From an uncultured Actinomycetota bacterium (GTDB lineage: Bacteria > Actinomycetota > Actinomycetes > Mycobacteriales > Mycobacteriaceae), in NCBI GenBank assembly GCA_963728815.1, contig CAVSLH010000013.1, positions 70,080 through 102,079 of the forward strand: 32,000 nucleotides of DNA, given 5' to 3'. Position numbers and translations under genes: made by a program. The notes under the pieces are model-generated. The model had not been told where the DNA came from. It saw nothing but the letters and a program-made list of their open reading frames with translations, and did no database searches. Of the stretch, positions 23,848 through 32,000 are shown in pieces; positions within the stretch are counted from its first letter, which is position 1, and each line of letters begins with the position of its first letter.

Positions 23848-26430
23848 CTACCGCAGGCCGAGCGCGGCGCGCAGCCGGTCGGCGTCCATGCCGCCGCGGC
23901 CGGCTTCACCGGCGGGGAAGGTGTCCAGGAGTTTGATCAGGTCGCCGCGTCGGGTGGGGTCATCGGCGGCCTGCCGCGGCGTGTGGCCGTCAAGCGCGGG
24001 GATGGGTTCATCGAGCCACTTGGTCTCGTAGTCGCGGACGAACTCGTCGAGGACCGCGGCCAGCTCGGGATCGTCGGGGTCGAGCGCGTCCTCGCCGGCA
24101 ATTGGCAACCGCTTGGCCAGCTCGACGGCCTCGCGGGCGTCGCGCAGCGGGCGACGGGAGTCGTCGAGCACCTTCATAGCGGGGTCGAGGCGTGCCAGCG
24201 TGGCCAGCACGCGGTCCATCCGCTTTTCGCTGTTGGCTTCCACCCGCAGCGTGTGGCCGTCGAGAACAAGGGCGGCGCGGATGCGCATCATGCCCTGGGC
24301 CGTAACGTGCTCGAACCACCGCGGCGGCTCGTCGCCGTCGACCCGGTCGTAGGTGTCGTCGAGCGCGGCCTCGATCCCGGCCGGGTCGCCGACATGCACG
24401 GTGGCCTCGCAGATCGCGAGCGGATCGCCCTCGGTGTTGGCCAGCGCTGGGGGCGCGAACCGGCGGCTCAGCTGCGCCACCAGCGTCACCGCGTCGGGTC
24501 CCGTGTCGAGCAGGTCGATCAGTGGGTCGCGCTCGTGCAGCGCGACCGGTTCCAGCCCGCCGAAGAACTGCATGGTGTCCCCGCCAGGCACCACGCGTGC
24601 ACACACCAGCTGCCCGGGCTTCAGCTGGCGGCTGGCCGCCCGCTCACGCACCTCGTGTGTGTCGCCGGTGCGCACGTCGCGCACGGTGACGCCCTGGCCG
24701 CGGTGCACCTCCTCGACCTCGAACACCGACCGGTCCACCAGCAGCCATTGCTCCGCCAGCAGCCGCTCGTCGTCAGGCAGCAGCGACCCGCGTATCTGGA
24801 GGAACTCCGCGAACACGCCGCCCTCGAACAGCACCGCGTCCAGCACCAGCGGATCGTCCAGCGCCGCGGCCAGCGCGTCGGGATCATCGACGCCGTAGCG
24901 GCAGCGTTCGTATCCCGCCTCGGCCAGCAGGTCGTTCCATCCGGTCAGCAGCGCGTGCTGGCCGGCCTTCATGTACAACCAGTCGACCCGCTCGGCCAGC
25001 GGCAGCTGCTCGCGCCCCAGATGGCATTTCTTGTACTTGCGGCCGGACCCGCACCAGCACGGCTGGTTTCGGCCGAGGTCGCGGCGCGGCTCGGCCCGGT
25101 ACCGCTCTAGTAGCTCCACAAGCGGGTGGTCCGGCCCGGCGCCGGCGCGGCGCAGCAACGCCAATCCGCGCTCCACGTCGCCGCGATCGGAGGCGATGCG
25201 GGCCAGGTCGAACAACGGCAACGGCCAATCCGGATCCATCGACTCGGCCGCCAACAGCTCGCGTTCGGCCGCGTCGATGTCGCCGATCCGCTCCAGCGCC
25301 ACCGCGCGCAGCCAGCGACACGCCACCCGCGCCGCGCGCGCCACTATCGGCTCCAGCATCTCGGCGAACATGCCCAGCGCGGACGCCCCGTCGCGGCCGG
25401 TGCCGATCGTCTCGGCCAACAGCAGCTCAGCCAGCAGCGGATCGGCAAGCTCGGCCCCCAGCGCACCGACCAGATCGGCGAACCGGTCGGCCTCGGGCTC
25501 TGCTCCGTCGGGCCCCGTCGCGCCCTCGCCAACTGCGGTCAACGCATCCTCCGGCGGCTCGTCGGCGTCGGCGGCGTCGACCAGCAGCAGCGACATCTGG
25601 TCGTACAGCTGGACCAATGTGTACAGCGCGAACGCGTCGTCGGGGTCGAGGTCATGTCGCTCGGCCAGCGCTGCGCACCCGCGCTCGAAACGCCAACGGT
25701 CGAAATCGAACCCGTCGGGTGCGAGCCACTCGCCGCGATGTGCCAGACCGTAGTCGTCGACGATCTCGCACAGGGGCGGCAGCGGCTCGGTGAACACCGC
25801 CGGGTCTTCGACGCACGCCGTCCATACCGCCGCGTCGAAGTACACCGGCTCGTCGGCGTCGAGCATCGCGGCCAGCCGGGCGCCCACCGCGGAATGCGCG
25901 AGCGCGGTGACCCGCTCGACCACGAGTCCCTGTTCGGTCAGCCGCACCCCGACGAGGTCGCCCTCGGCCACGCCCAACGTCCCCAGCGTGCCTGGCACCA
26001 GGAGCAGCGCCCCGAGCGGGTCGACCACCCCGGCCGGGATGCCCCGCTGCTCGAGCAGCTCATCGTCGAACCCGGCCAGCACCACCCGCGCCGCCGACCC
26101 GTCGGCGAATCGCCCATACTGCTCGTGCTCGCAGAGCGCGGTGATCGGGTCCAGGTCCGGGGTCACAGTGAGTACGTCGTGGGCCGCCTCGTCTGCGCCG
26201 AGCCGGTGCGTGAACACACGCCCGGCTAGCACAGTCGGCAGCCACACCCACCGATCGTCAACCAACTGCCTTGCCGGACACTCGGTTTCGTCGAGAACCT
26301 CGTCCAGTAAGGTGTCCGGATCGGCCACGCCGCTGTCCCGCAGTCGCCGTGCGATGTCATCCTCGTGCAGTGGGCCGTGTTCGGCCAGAATTCTCGCAAG
26401 GGTCCGCATCGCGTCGAACGCTTCCGCCAC
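23848..26430 (-). CDS. Large (860 aa) SEC-C-motif protein with helical-repeat region; function unknown
   Basis: It has an internal GRNQPCWCGSGRKYKKCH motif (complement of about 25021-25071), preceded by a TPR-like segment (LERIGDIDAAERELLAAESMDPDWPLPLFDLARIASDRGDVERGLALL). The C-terminus reads IPALDGHTPRQAADDPTRRGDLIKLLD. The two long antisense ORFs (23983..25110 and 25126..26229) are shadows. Confidence 0.85.
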   Translation of the reverse strand: MAEAFDAMRTLARILAEHGPLHEDDIARRLRDSGVADPDTLLDEVLDETECPARQLVDDRWVWLPTVLAGRVFTHRLGADEAAHDVLTVTPDLDPITALCEHEQYGRFADGSAARVVLAGFDDELLEQRGIPAGVVDPLGALLLVPGTLGTLGVAEGDLVGVRLTEQGLVVERVTALAHSAVGARLAAMLDADEPVYFDAAVWTACVEDPAVFTEPLPPLCEIVDDYGLAHRGEWLAPDGFDFDRWRFERGCAALAERHDLDPDDAFALYTLVQLYDQMSLLLVDAADADEPPEDALTAVGEGATGPDGAEPEADRFADLVGALGAELADPLLAELLLAETIGTGRDGASALGMFAEMLEPIVARAARVACRWLRAVALERIGDIDAAERELLAAESMDPDWPLPLFDLARIASDRGDVERGLALLRRAGAGPDHPLVELLERYRAEPRRDLGRNQPCWCGSGRKYKKCHLGREQLPLAERVDWLYMKAGQHALLTGWNDLLAEAGYERCRYGVDDPDALAAALDDPLVLDAVLFEGGVFAEFLQIRGSLLPDDERLLAEQWLLVDRSVFEVEEVHRGQGVTVRDVRTGDTHEVRERAASRQLKPGQLVCARVVPGGDTMQFFGGLEPVALHERDPLIDLLDTGPDAVTLVAQLSRRFAPPALANTEGDPLAICEATVHVGDPAGIEAALDDTYDRVDGDEPPRWFEHVTAQGMMRIRAALVLDGHTLRVEANSEKRMDRVLATLARLDPAMKVLDDSRRPLRDAREAVELAKRLPIAGEDALDPDDPELAAVLDEFVRDYETKWLDEPIPALDGHTPRQAADDPTRRGDLIKLLDTFPAGEAGRGGMDADRLRAALGLR

Positions 26431-26674
26431 GGCGACTACCCTATGCCGCGGCTAGCCGAGTCGCGAAGTCCGCCACCAGCCGACGAGTTGGATCGGGACT
26501 GGGAACGAATCCAGCGGTGCCGTCGAAACGACAGAGCCTTGAGCCGCGCTGCGTGGCATGTCGCGATTTGACCGCCGCCGACATCGCAATGTCGGACCCC
26601 GAAGCGACACTTGGCGTCGACGACGCTAGAACAGTCCGGGGGAGGCGCGCGATGCTCTGCAGGCAGAGTGCCTA

Positions 26675-27085
26675 GTGAGCGAGCAGGGTGCCAAAGAACC
26701 ACATCGCGGCGGCGTTGACCGCAGTGCTGTCCCGACTGGGCTAAAGCGGCATGAGCTCGACGGCGCGGAGAGGCTCGCCGCTCGTGGACACCGCGTGGTG
26801 TTCAATCCCGTCACCGGCAACGGAAAGGTTGCCGACCTCATGATCGATGACGAGGTGTGGGAGTTGAAGTCAATATCCGGCTCCAGCGATGACGCTGTCG
26901 CCCGCAATGTACGACGGGCCGCAAAGCAGGCATCGCGCGTCGTGCTGGATATGACCGACTCACCGATCACCGACGAGGCGGTGAAACGCCTGGTCGAACA
27001 CCATGCGCGGCGATATAGACTTCAATCAGTGCGCGTGATCAGGGGATTCAAGGGAATGGATTGGAGATTCGACAATGACGAATAG
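26675..27085 (+). CDS. Stand-alone toxin-like protein with PD-(D/E)xK-type core (resembles CdiA-CT tRNase / Tox-REase domains)
   Basis: 136 aa from GTG 26675: ...ELDGAERLAARGHRVVFNPVTGNGKVADLMIDDEVWELKSISGSSDDAVARNVRRAAKQASRVVLDMT... The D-x(n)-E-x-K core followed by a..Q...vvld fits what I remember of polymorphic-toxin nuclease C-terminal domains. The family assignment is tentative. Confidence 0.55.
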   Translation: MSEQGAKEPHRGGVDRSAVPTGLKRHELDGAERLAARGHRVVFNPVTGNGKVADLMIDDEVWELKSISGSSDDAVARNVRRAAKQASRVVLDMTDSPITDEAVKRLVEHHARRYRLQSVRVIRGFKGMDWRFDNDE

Positions 27086-27398
27086 CGACTACATCGAGGT
27101 TAGGGGGCCGAAATCCCTAGCCGAGCTGGTCGCCGTCATCGACCCCTCCGCGCCCCAACCAGAAGACGATCTGGTAACCCTCGAGTTGGGTGGCGATGAG
27201 TACGCCGCCGTGCAATATGACGAGGTTGATAAGGCATCTTGGCCGTACATGATCACCATCGAGTCCCGGTCGGAGGACGAAGCACCGGTCCGAGCCCAGG
27301 CCATGCAAATACTCGAGAAAGTCGATGCAGCGGGCTGGGGCTACAGGATGACGTCCGACGCGGACGATTCGCTGTTGATCGAAACGCAGCGGGTCTAA
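27075..27398 (+). CDS. Putative cognate immunity protein (acidic, 107 aa)
   Basis: The ATG overlaps the toxin 3' end by 11 nt (GACAATGACGAATAG). The protein is very acidic (DDLVTLELGGDEYAAVQYDEVD...SRSEDEAP). Function is inferred from position only. Confidence 0.5.
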   Translation: MTNSDYIEVRGPKSLAELVAVIDPSAPQPEDDLVTLELGGDEYAAVQYDEVDKASWPYMITIESRSEDEAPVRAQAMQILEKVDAAGWGYRMTSDADDSLLIETQRV

Positions 27399-27493
27399 GA
27401 GCGGCAGCAATTAACCCGCGACAATCGAAATCCCGTGGTAGCGAGAGGAATTGCCATCGCGCGGATCTGCCTGAGCAAGTGCACCGGCAGGGA

Positions 27494-27524
27494 ATGCACC
27501 GTTGCATCATGATGCAGTGATGCT
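27494..27524. promoter_or_regulatory. ATGCA/TGCAT half-site array including a perfect 12-bp palindrome at the vapB start
   Basis: Half-sites are ATGCA (27494-27498), TGCAT (27503-27507), ATGCA (27512-27516) and ATGCT (27520-27524), spaced 9, 9 and 8 nt. GCATCATGATGC (27504-27515) is a perfect palindrome. Confidence 0.4.
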
Positions 27525-27762
27525 AGGATTGGGCGTGCGCACCACCATTGATCTCCCCGACGACCTGCACAAACAGGCGCTGGCGATTGCGCGGGACACC
27601 CACCGCACGTTGAGCGAAATTGTCGCCGACCTCATTCGACGCGGCCTGGGAGCCAGCAGCACCGCCGCGATCTCCATAGACCCCAGGACGGGGCTGCCTC
27701 TGGTGAGCGTTGGGACAGTCGTGACCTCCGAGGACGTGCGCTCATTGGAGGATGAGGAGTGA
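27520..27762 (+). CDS. vapB: VapB antitoxin (RTTIDL-type)
   Basis: MLGLGVRTTIDLPDDLHKQALAIARDTHRTLSEIVADLIRRGL. The RTTIDLPDDL...A pattern is typical of this VapB class. The start is ATG 27520 or GTG 27535. There is a GTGA overlap with vapC. Confidence 0.8.
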   Translation: MLGLGVRTTIDLPDDLHKQALAIARDTHRTLSEIVADLIRRGLGASSTAAISIDPRTGLPLVSVGTVVTSEDVRSLEDEE

Positions 27763-28160
27763 CGGCGCTGCTCGACGCGAACGTGCTCATCGCACTGGTC
27801 GTCACCGAGCATGTGCATCATGACGCCGCTGCGGAATGGCTATCGGCATCCGACACAGGATTTGCGACGTGCCCAATCACACAAGGAAGTCTTGTTCGAT
27901 TCCTGGTGCGGACGGGGCAAACCGCGGCAGCTGCGCGGGATGTCATCAGTGCAGTCGAGGGTGCGAACCGCCACGAGTTCTGGCCCGACAGTGTCTCTTT
28001 CGCCGATGTAGAGGTCGGTGGTGTGGTCGGTCACCGACAGGTAACAGATGCTTACCTTGCTCAGCTCGCACGAAGCCGCAAAGGGCAGTTGGCGACACTC
28101 GATAGCGGTCTGGCGCACCTGCACAGCGACATCGCGGTACTCATACCCACGGCAACCTGA
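27759..28160 (+). CDS. vapC: VapC PIN-domain toxin
   Basis: 133 aa with MTALLDANVLIAL, CPITQGSLVRFL, GHRQVTDAYLAQLARSRKGQLATLD. Confidence 0.85.
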   Translation: MTALLDANVLIALVVTEHVHHDAAAEWLSASDTGFATCPITQGSLVRFLVRTGQTAAAARDVISAVEGANRHEFWPDSVSFADVEVGGVVGHRQVTDAYLAQLARSRKGQLATLDSGLAHLHSDIAVLIPTAT

Positions 28161-28192
28161 TGTCCGAAAGGTCAGATTGGCCAGCGCACGGT

Positions 28193-28543
28193 TCACCCCA
28201 CTCGGGTGGCGCCTCGCTCGTCGTCGTCGCGCTTCTTTCGGGTCCGCGCGATGTGTTTTGACAACCTGGCGACGTGATGGGCGACTCGTGCGGCGATGTT
28301 TCTCGCGTCCTCGTCGGGGTGTCCGGCGATCCGGAGTTTCCGGTAGGCAAGCTCTTTGGCGATTCTGGTTGTTCCGGTGGCGCAGGTTTCGATTGTCAGC
28401 AGCCAGGCCAATTGGTCGCTGTCGGCTTCGGGCGGATAGCGGAATTCCAGGATGACCGAATTGTCGTGACCAGTGATGCGAGTGCGACGAATGACCCGTG
28501 AGATACTGCGGGACGCGACCTGCCGAATCCGCTCCCGGGACAA
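28193..28543 (-). CDS. Hypothetical protein beginning with a sigma-70 region-4-like HTH fragment
   Basis: 116 aa from TTG 28543. The N-terminus (APYG)LSRERIRQVASRSISRVIRR resembles the lgvSreRvRQie..al.kLr helix of sigma region 4.2. The rest is unrecognised, and a stop codon lies only 12 codons upstream, so this may be a remnant. Confidence 0.4.
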   Translation of the reverse strand: MSRERIRQVASRSISRVIRRTRITGHDNSVILEFRYPPEADSDQLAWLLTIETCATGTTRIAKELAYRKLRIAGHPDEDARNIAARVAHHVARLSKHIARTRKKRDDDERGATRVG

Positions 28544-28675
28544 GCCATATGGTGCACCGATCTGTACTACAACGTATTACATACAGGAATTCCGCCTGAC
28601 CGACACCGCCGCACTCGTATCCCGATCGAAACCTCAGCGAGCCCAGATCCCTGGTTTGCCTCATAGGGCAATGGA

Positions 28676-30172
28676 CTAACTTGCCGGTAAGGCGGGTGCC
28701 GGATGCCGGTGGGCCCAGGGATGGGCTTCTTCAAGTTGCGCCGCCAACTGTAAGAGATCGCCGTCCGCGCCCAGCCGTCCGACGAACTGCACGCCCAGGG
28801 GAAGCCCGGCGTCTGTCCAATGTAGCGGCACACTGATCGCGGGCCGCCCGGTGAGATTGGCGAGCTGCGTGTAGGGCACCCAGCCCAGGCTCTCCTGGAT
28901 CAGTTCATCGAGAATCCCGGTGAGCGCCAGCACTTTTCCGGCGTGCAACTTGCTGATCACCCGGGACACCGTCTGCAAGCGGGGCGATGTCGCCGTGGCA
29001 CCGACCGCAAGGGGCGGGGTGGCCAGCGTGGGGGTCAGGAAGTAGTCGTAGCTCTCGTGGAACGTCGCCAGGGATTGGATGTAGTTGTTTGTGTTCTCCA
29101 GCGCAAGCATCGGTGCCAGGACGCCGGCGGATCGGCCGAGCTCACTCACGGCCAGGGTGTCGGCCTCAAAGTCGCTGTCGCGGGCCCCGATTCGCTGTTT
29201 GATCTCGGCGACTTGCCGGTAGAGCTGCGCGAACCAAATGGTGAGAAAGTCACGCGCCAATGCGGCATCGTCGTAGGGCGGCTGGACTTCCTCGACCTGG
29301 TGACCCAGGTCGCAGAGGAGCTTCGCCGCTTCTTCGACTGCGGCGATGGCTTCCCGGTCGGGATGGGGGTTGATCGCCGAGGAGGTCGAATACCCGATCT
29401 TTACGGTGCCGGGACGACTCTTGATGTGTTTCGCGAACGGGACGTCGGGAAGCGCAACCTGATAGGCGGCACGCGGATTGGGGCCGATGATCGCGTCATA
29501 GAGGGCGGCGCTGTCGCGCACGGTGCGCGAAACGACGCCCTGGGTCTCCATGCCGAACATCGGCTCGCCGGTCTGCGGGCCGTAGGGAGAGAGCCCCCGG
29601 CTGGTCTTGAGGCCGACGAGCCCGTTGCAGGCGGCGGGGATGCGGATCGATCCGCCACCGTCGTTGGCCCCCGCGGCCGGAACGGTCCCCGCCGCGACCG
29701 CGGCCCCCGATCCGCCCGACGAGCCGCCGGCAGTGTGCTCGGTGTTCCAGGGGTTACGAGCCGGACCCCAGTATTCGGATTCCGTCACGCCCTTGGCCCC
29801 GAACTCGGGGGTATTGGTCATGCCGAAGATCACCAGCCCCGCGTCAAGGAACCGCTGCGTCACCAGGGCGTGCCGGTCGGCCACGTCATTGGCCAGCGAC
29901 CGCGAACCGTGTGACGTTGGAAAGCCCCGATACTCCTGATCAAGGTCTTTGATCACAAAGGGCACCCCGGCAAACGCTCCGCGCAGATCCGGATCGGCGG
30001 CTTGCCTATCGGCGACGTCGTCGAGGCGGCGGATGATCGCGTTCAACCTTGGATTGACCGCGTCGGCCCGTCGCCGCGCCAAAGCAACAAGTTCGGCCGC
30101 GGTGACCTGTTTGCGCTCGACCAGCTCGGCCAGAGCGGTCGCATCCAATGACATGTACTCGTCAAGGTGCAT
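28676..30172 (-). CDS. Amidase (amidase-signature family)
   Basis: 498 aa with GVPFVIKDL, GGSSGGSGAAVAAG and GGSIRIPAACNGLVGLKTSRG, the Ser-cisSer-Lys amidase signature. Confidence 0.95.
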   Translation of the reverse strand: MHLDEYMSLDATALAELVERKQVTAAELVALARRRADAVNPRLNAIIRRLDDVADRQAADPDLRGAFAGVPFVIKDLDQEYRGFPTSHGSRSLANDVADRHALVTQRFLDAGLVIFGMTNTPEFGAKGVTESEYWGPARNPWNTEHTAGGSSGGSGAAVAAGTVPAAGANDGGGSIRIPAACNGLVGLKTSRGLSPYGPQTGEPMFGMETQGVVSRTVRDSAALYDAIIGPNPRAAYQVALPDVPFAKHIKSRPGTVKIGYSTSSAINPHPDREAIAAVEEAAKLLCDLGHQVEEVQPPYDDAALARDFLTIWFAQLYRQVAEIKQRIGARDSDFEADTLAVSELGRSAGVLAPMLALENTNNYIQSLATFHESYDYFLTPTLATPPLAVGATATSPRLQTVSRVISKLHAGKVLALTGILDELIQESLGWVPYTQLANLTGRPAISVPLHWTDAGLPLGVQFVGRLGADGDLLQLAAQLEEAHPWAHRHPAPALPAS

Positions 30173-30535
30173 TGGCCGATCCTATGACCCGGGCCGCTGA
30201 CCAGCGTACAGACGCGACCATTTTTCGATGCGGGTCTGACAGCGAGGACCGGTAGCACCACGCCGTTGTCAACCCCGCCCGATCCCCTGATGTCACGATC
30301 CTTTGCGGAACCGTCGGATTCGGGAAAACCCATGTGGCACACGTCCTCGGGCACCGAGCCGCCCGCCGCGGCCGGGCGGTTCGCGAAAAGCTCCCGCGTG
30401 CTTTCAGATCTCGTCGGCGGTCACGCCGACCGATCCTGTGGGCCAAGAATCCGCGGATACAAGCGTTAGTTTGGTTAGGTGCCGATAAGCCCCAGCTCCC
30501 ATGATCGCAAAAACGGAGATAAGGACGGACAGCTC

Positions 30536-31459
30536 ATGAAAGCAGTGCGATTCGATCGCTACGGCGGCATCGACGTCCTCGATGTACGCGAGGTTCCCCG
30601 CCCGCAACCTGGCACCGGTGAAGTGCTGGTCGAGGTGAAGGCAGCTGGCGTCAACCCGGGCGAAGCGATGATTCGCCAGGGTGTGTTCGACGAGATCTTC
30701 CCAGCGACATTTCCGTCCGGGCAGGGCAGTGATCTCGCCGGTGTCGTCGCCGAGGTCGGCACCGGCGTCGATGCCTTCTCAGTGGGCGACCAGGTGCTGG
30801 GTTTCACGAACGACCGAGCCAGCCACGCCGAATTCGTGGTGGTGCCCGCCGATCAGCTCACGCCCAAGCCGCCGGCAGTGTCATGGGAAGCCGCGGGGGG
30901 CCTGTTCGTCACCGGCACCACGGCATACGCCGCGGTCCGCTCGGTCGAACTGACGCCGGGTGACACCGTCGCCATCGCCGGCGCCGCCGGCGGGGTGGGC
31001 ACGATAGCCGTGCAGCTGGCCAAACGTACCGGCGCGACCGTGCTCGGCATCGCCGGCCCGTCCAACGACGAGTGGCTGGCTGCGCACGGCGTGATCCCCG
31101 TCAATTACGGCGATGGTCTCGCGGGCAGGCTGCGAGCGGCGGCACCTGACGGCCGGGTCGACGCGTTGTTGGACTTCTTTGGCGGCGGCTACGTCGAATT
31201 AGCCGTGACCGAGCTGCGCATCGCACCGCAGCGCATCGACACGGTCATCGACTTTCCGGCGCTGGAGCGATTTGGGGTGATGTTCGTCGGCAATCAGGAC
31301 GCCGCCGACGCCGCGGTGCTGGCCCAGCTCGCCGCACTGATCGCCGCCGGCCAATTGGAAGTGCCGATCGCCGACGTTATTCCGCTCGGCGAGGTTCAGC
31401 GCGCCTACCGCACCCTGGAACGGCGCCACACCAGGGGCAAAATCGTCCTGCGCCCGTAG
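30536..31459 (+). CDS. NADPH:quinone oxidoreductase-like MDR-family dehydrogenase
   Basis: ATG 30536 follows AAGGACGGA. The N-terminus MKAVRFDRYGGIDVLDVREVPRPQPGTGEVLVEVKAAGVNPGE and the Rossmann segment VAIAGAAGGVGTIAVQLAK support the call. The protein ends RGKIVLRP. Confidence 0.9.
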   Translation: MKAVRFDRYGGIDVLDVREVPRPQPGTGEVLVEVKAAGVNPGEAMIRQGVFDEIFPATFPSGQGSDLAGVVAEVGTGVDAFSVGDQVLGFTNDRASHAEFVVVPADQLTPKPPAVSWEAAGGLFVTGTTAYAAVRSVELTPGDTVAIAGAAGGVGTIAVQLAKRTGATVLGIAGPSNDEWLAAHGVIPVNYGDGLAGRLRAAAPDGRVDALLDFFGGGYVELAVTELRIAPQRIDTVIDFPALERFGVMFVGNQDAADAAVLAQLAALIAAGQLEVPIADVIPLGEVQRAYRTLERRHTRGKIVLRP

Positions 31460-31687
31460 TGCTGCCGATCGCGAGCCGGTTCGTGCTCGGTAGTTCTATG
31501 CGACACACCGGGTTCGTACCGGGAAAGCCAGACCCGCTGCGCCAATTAGATTATCGATTAGCCGGCAGACGCGGTCCGGTAGCTGGTCGCGGTGTGTGGT
31601 GTCGGCGGCGATGTCGTGGGCGGTGCGGGCCCGCACGCCATGCCGCACTTAGGCAGCGCACGAGTCCGGACGGTAGCCTTACGCGGC

Positions 31688-31918
31688 ATGACCGACGCCG
31701 TCGTCGTCAGGGTCAAGCCCGGCAGTCGCAAGGGACCCCTTGTCGAGGTCGGTCCCAACGGTGAGCTGACAATCTACGTCCGCGAGCCAGCGGTTGACGG
31801 CAAGGCCAACGACGCGGTCATCCGGCTACTGGCAGCCCACCTTCAATTGCCAAGAAGCCGAGTCGAATTGGTATCCGGAGCGGCGTCGCGGCTCAAGCGT
31901 TTCCGGGTGAGCCGTTGA
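31688..31918 (+). CDS. DUF167 (YggU-like) family protein
   Basis: 76 aa from ATG 31688: VVRVKPGSRKGPLVE...IYVREPAVDGKANDAVIRLLAAHLQLPRSRVELVSGAASRLKRFRV fits the DUF167 pattern (kpg.....G.AN.al..fla..l.v..s.v.iv.G..sr.K). Confidence 0.8.
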   Translation: MTDAVVVRVKPGSRKGPLVEVGPNGELTIYVREPAVDGKANDAVIRLLAAHLQLPRSRVELVSGAASRLKRFRVSR

Positions 31919-32000
31919 GCAGACATCCGCTGTCGAGGACGAGCGGCTAATTACTGCTGCGGCAGGGCATCTTTGGGAGCATTCAACAGGAGGAGCTGCC

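Noticed and set aside
23983-26229. 375-aa and 367-aa plus-strand ORFs (23983..25110 and 25126..26229)
   Set aside because: Both are antisense to the 860-aa SEC-C protein, are Arg/Gln/His/Val-rich and low in complexity, and have no motifs.
26557-26595. ATGTCG / CGACAT repeats, including a 7-bp stem (CCGACAT-cgca-ATGTCGG), in the divergent region between the 860-aa gene and the PD-(D/E)xK toxin gene
   Set aside because: They are short and GC-rich, and could easily arise by chance. There is no phasing or proximity to a start codon to support an operator call.
1-32000. Scan for CRISPR arrays, rRNA and tRNA genes
   Set aside because: I saw no regularly spaced short repeats, no rRNA-like conserved blocks and no cloverleaf-compatible segments by eye. 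A tRNAscan/Infernal run would be needed to be certain.

Overview
High-GC actinobacterial DNA that looks like Mycobacterium: several toxin-antitoxin proteins resemble M. tuberculosis VapBC, RelBE and TacAT as I remember them. Nothing was searched against a database. Positions 1 to about 28,600 form an accessory toxin-antitoxin/defence-type island. The last 3.4 kb looks like ordinary core genes (amidase, MDR oxidoreductase, DUF167 protein). The island holds eight type II TA pairs: one BrnTA-like, one RelBE, four VapBC, one Xre-RES and one TacAT. It also holds two stand-alone nuclease toxin plus immunity pairs (an EndoU type and a PD-(D/E)xK type), an IS110-family insertion sequence, a DDE transposase remnant and several frameshifted or truncated genes. 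Other genes are a SWIM-SNF2 helicase, a Uma2 nuclease, two SEC-C-motif proteins and a pRiA4b-ORF3-like protein. The best candidate for an undescribed system is a single 665-aa protein (8649-10646) that fuses a PLD/HKD nuclease to a HerA/FtsK-type ATPase. It is followed by an unrecognisable 180-aa partner gene. That partner gene and its leader recur as a direct repeat of about 0.8-0.94 kb, 9.2 kb downstream, and the second copy abuts a 95-nt remnant of a second herA-like gene. Several TA operons are preceded by clear repeat or palindrome arrays that look like operators. I saw no rRNA, tRNA or CRISPR array. All domain calls come from motifs read by eye in the translations.
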